Source: a virus (lineage: Duplodnaviria > Caudoviricetes). From it: a stretch of 64,000 nucleotides of DNA. Location: positions 1 through 64,000 of IMG/VR virus record IMGVR_UViG_3300020050_009513. One strand, given 5' to 3'. Position numbers and translations under genes: made by a program. Shown one piece after another: positions 63,993 to 64,000 of the stretch (its first letter is position 1; each line of letters starts with the position of its first letter). The notes under the pieces are model-generated. The model saw only the letters and a program-made list of their open reading frames with translations, had not been told where the DNA came from and searched no databases.

Positions 63993-64000
63993 CGCCGGAT

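Overview
This 64-kb window is most of a lytic, podovirus-like tailed dsDNA phage genome (Caudoviricetes). It has three blocks. (i) 1-22.5 kb, minus strand: early/accessory genes, including a PA14 lipoprotein, a small sigma factor, an exported S8 protease, a peptide-ligase cluster (two amidoligases, ATP-grasp, class II glutamine amidotransferase), a receiver-like protein, GGCT, C39, a HAD-HNH fusion, DUF5664 and a membrane-anchored ClpP. (ii) 22.6-58.8 kb, plus strand: morphogenesis genes (terminase, portal, appendage proteins, scaffold, major capsid, endolysin, fibres, adaptor, nozzle, four ejection-type proteins), interrupted by two antisense homing endonucleases. (iii) 58.7-64 kb, minus strand: trypsin-like protease, HNH, dUTPase, HExxH protein and a metallophosphoesterase cut by the window edge. 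No integrase, canonical tRNA, rRNA or CRISPR array was recognised. The most notable items, all read by eye, are: two dispersed homologous tRNA-shaped ncRNAs with covarying stems (17207-17378 and 39775-39988); a complete type II hammerhead ribozyme in the earliest operon (12616-12676); sigma54-type promoters next to a probable genome end; a four-gene coupled cassette before the scaffold whose products (including a lysozyme and an ADP-ribosyltransferase-like protein) share an F-x-[KR]-[LI]-x-x-L-[LM] helix that may be a head-packaging tag; three small ORFs sharing a C-terminal P[RK]NY[RK]EL[PV] tail; and a TAACATAT motif before late genes. No database searches were run, so family assignments rest on recognisable motifs and gene order.
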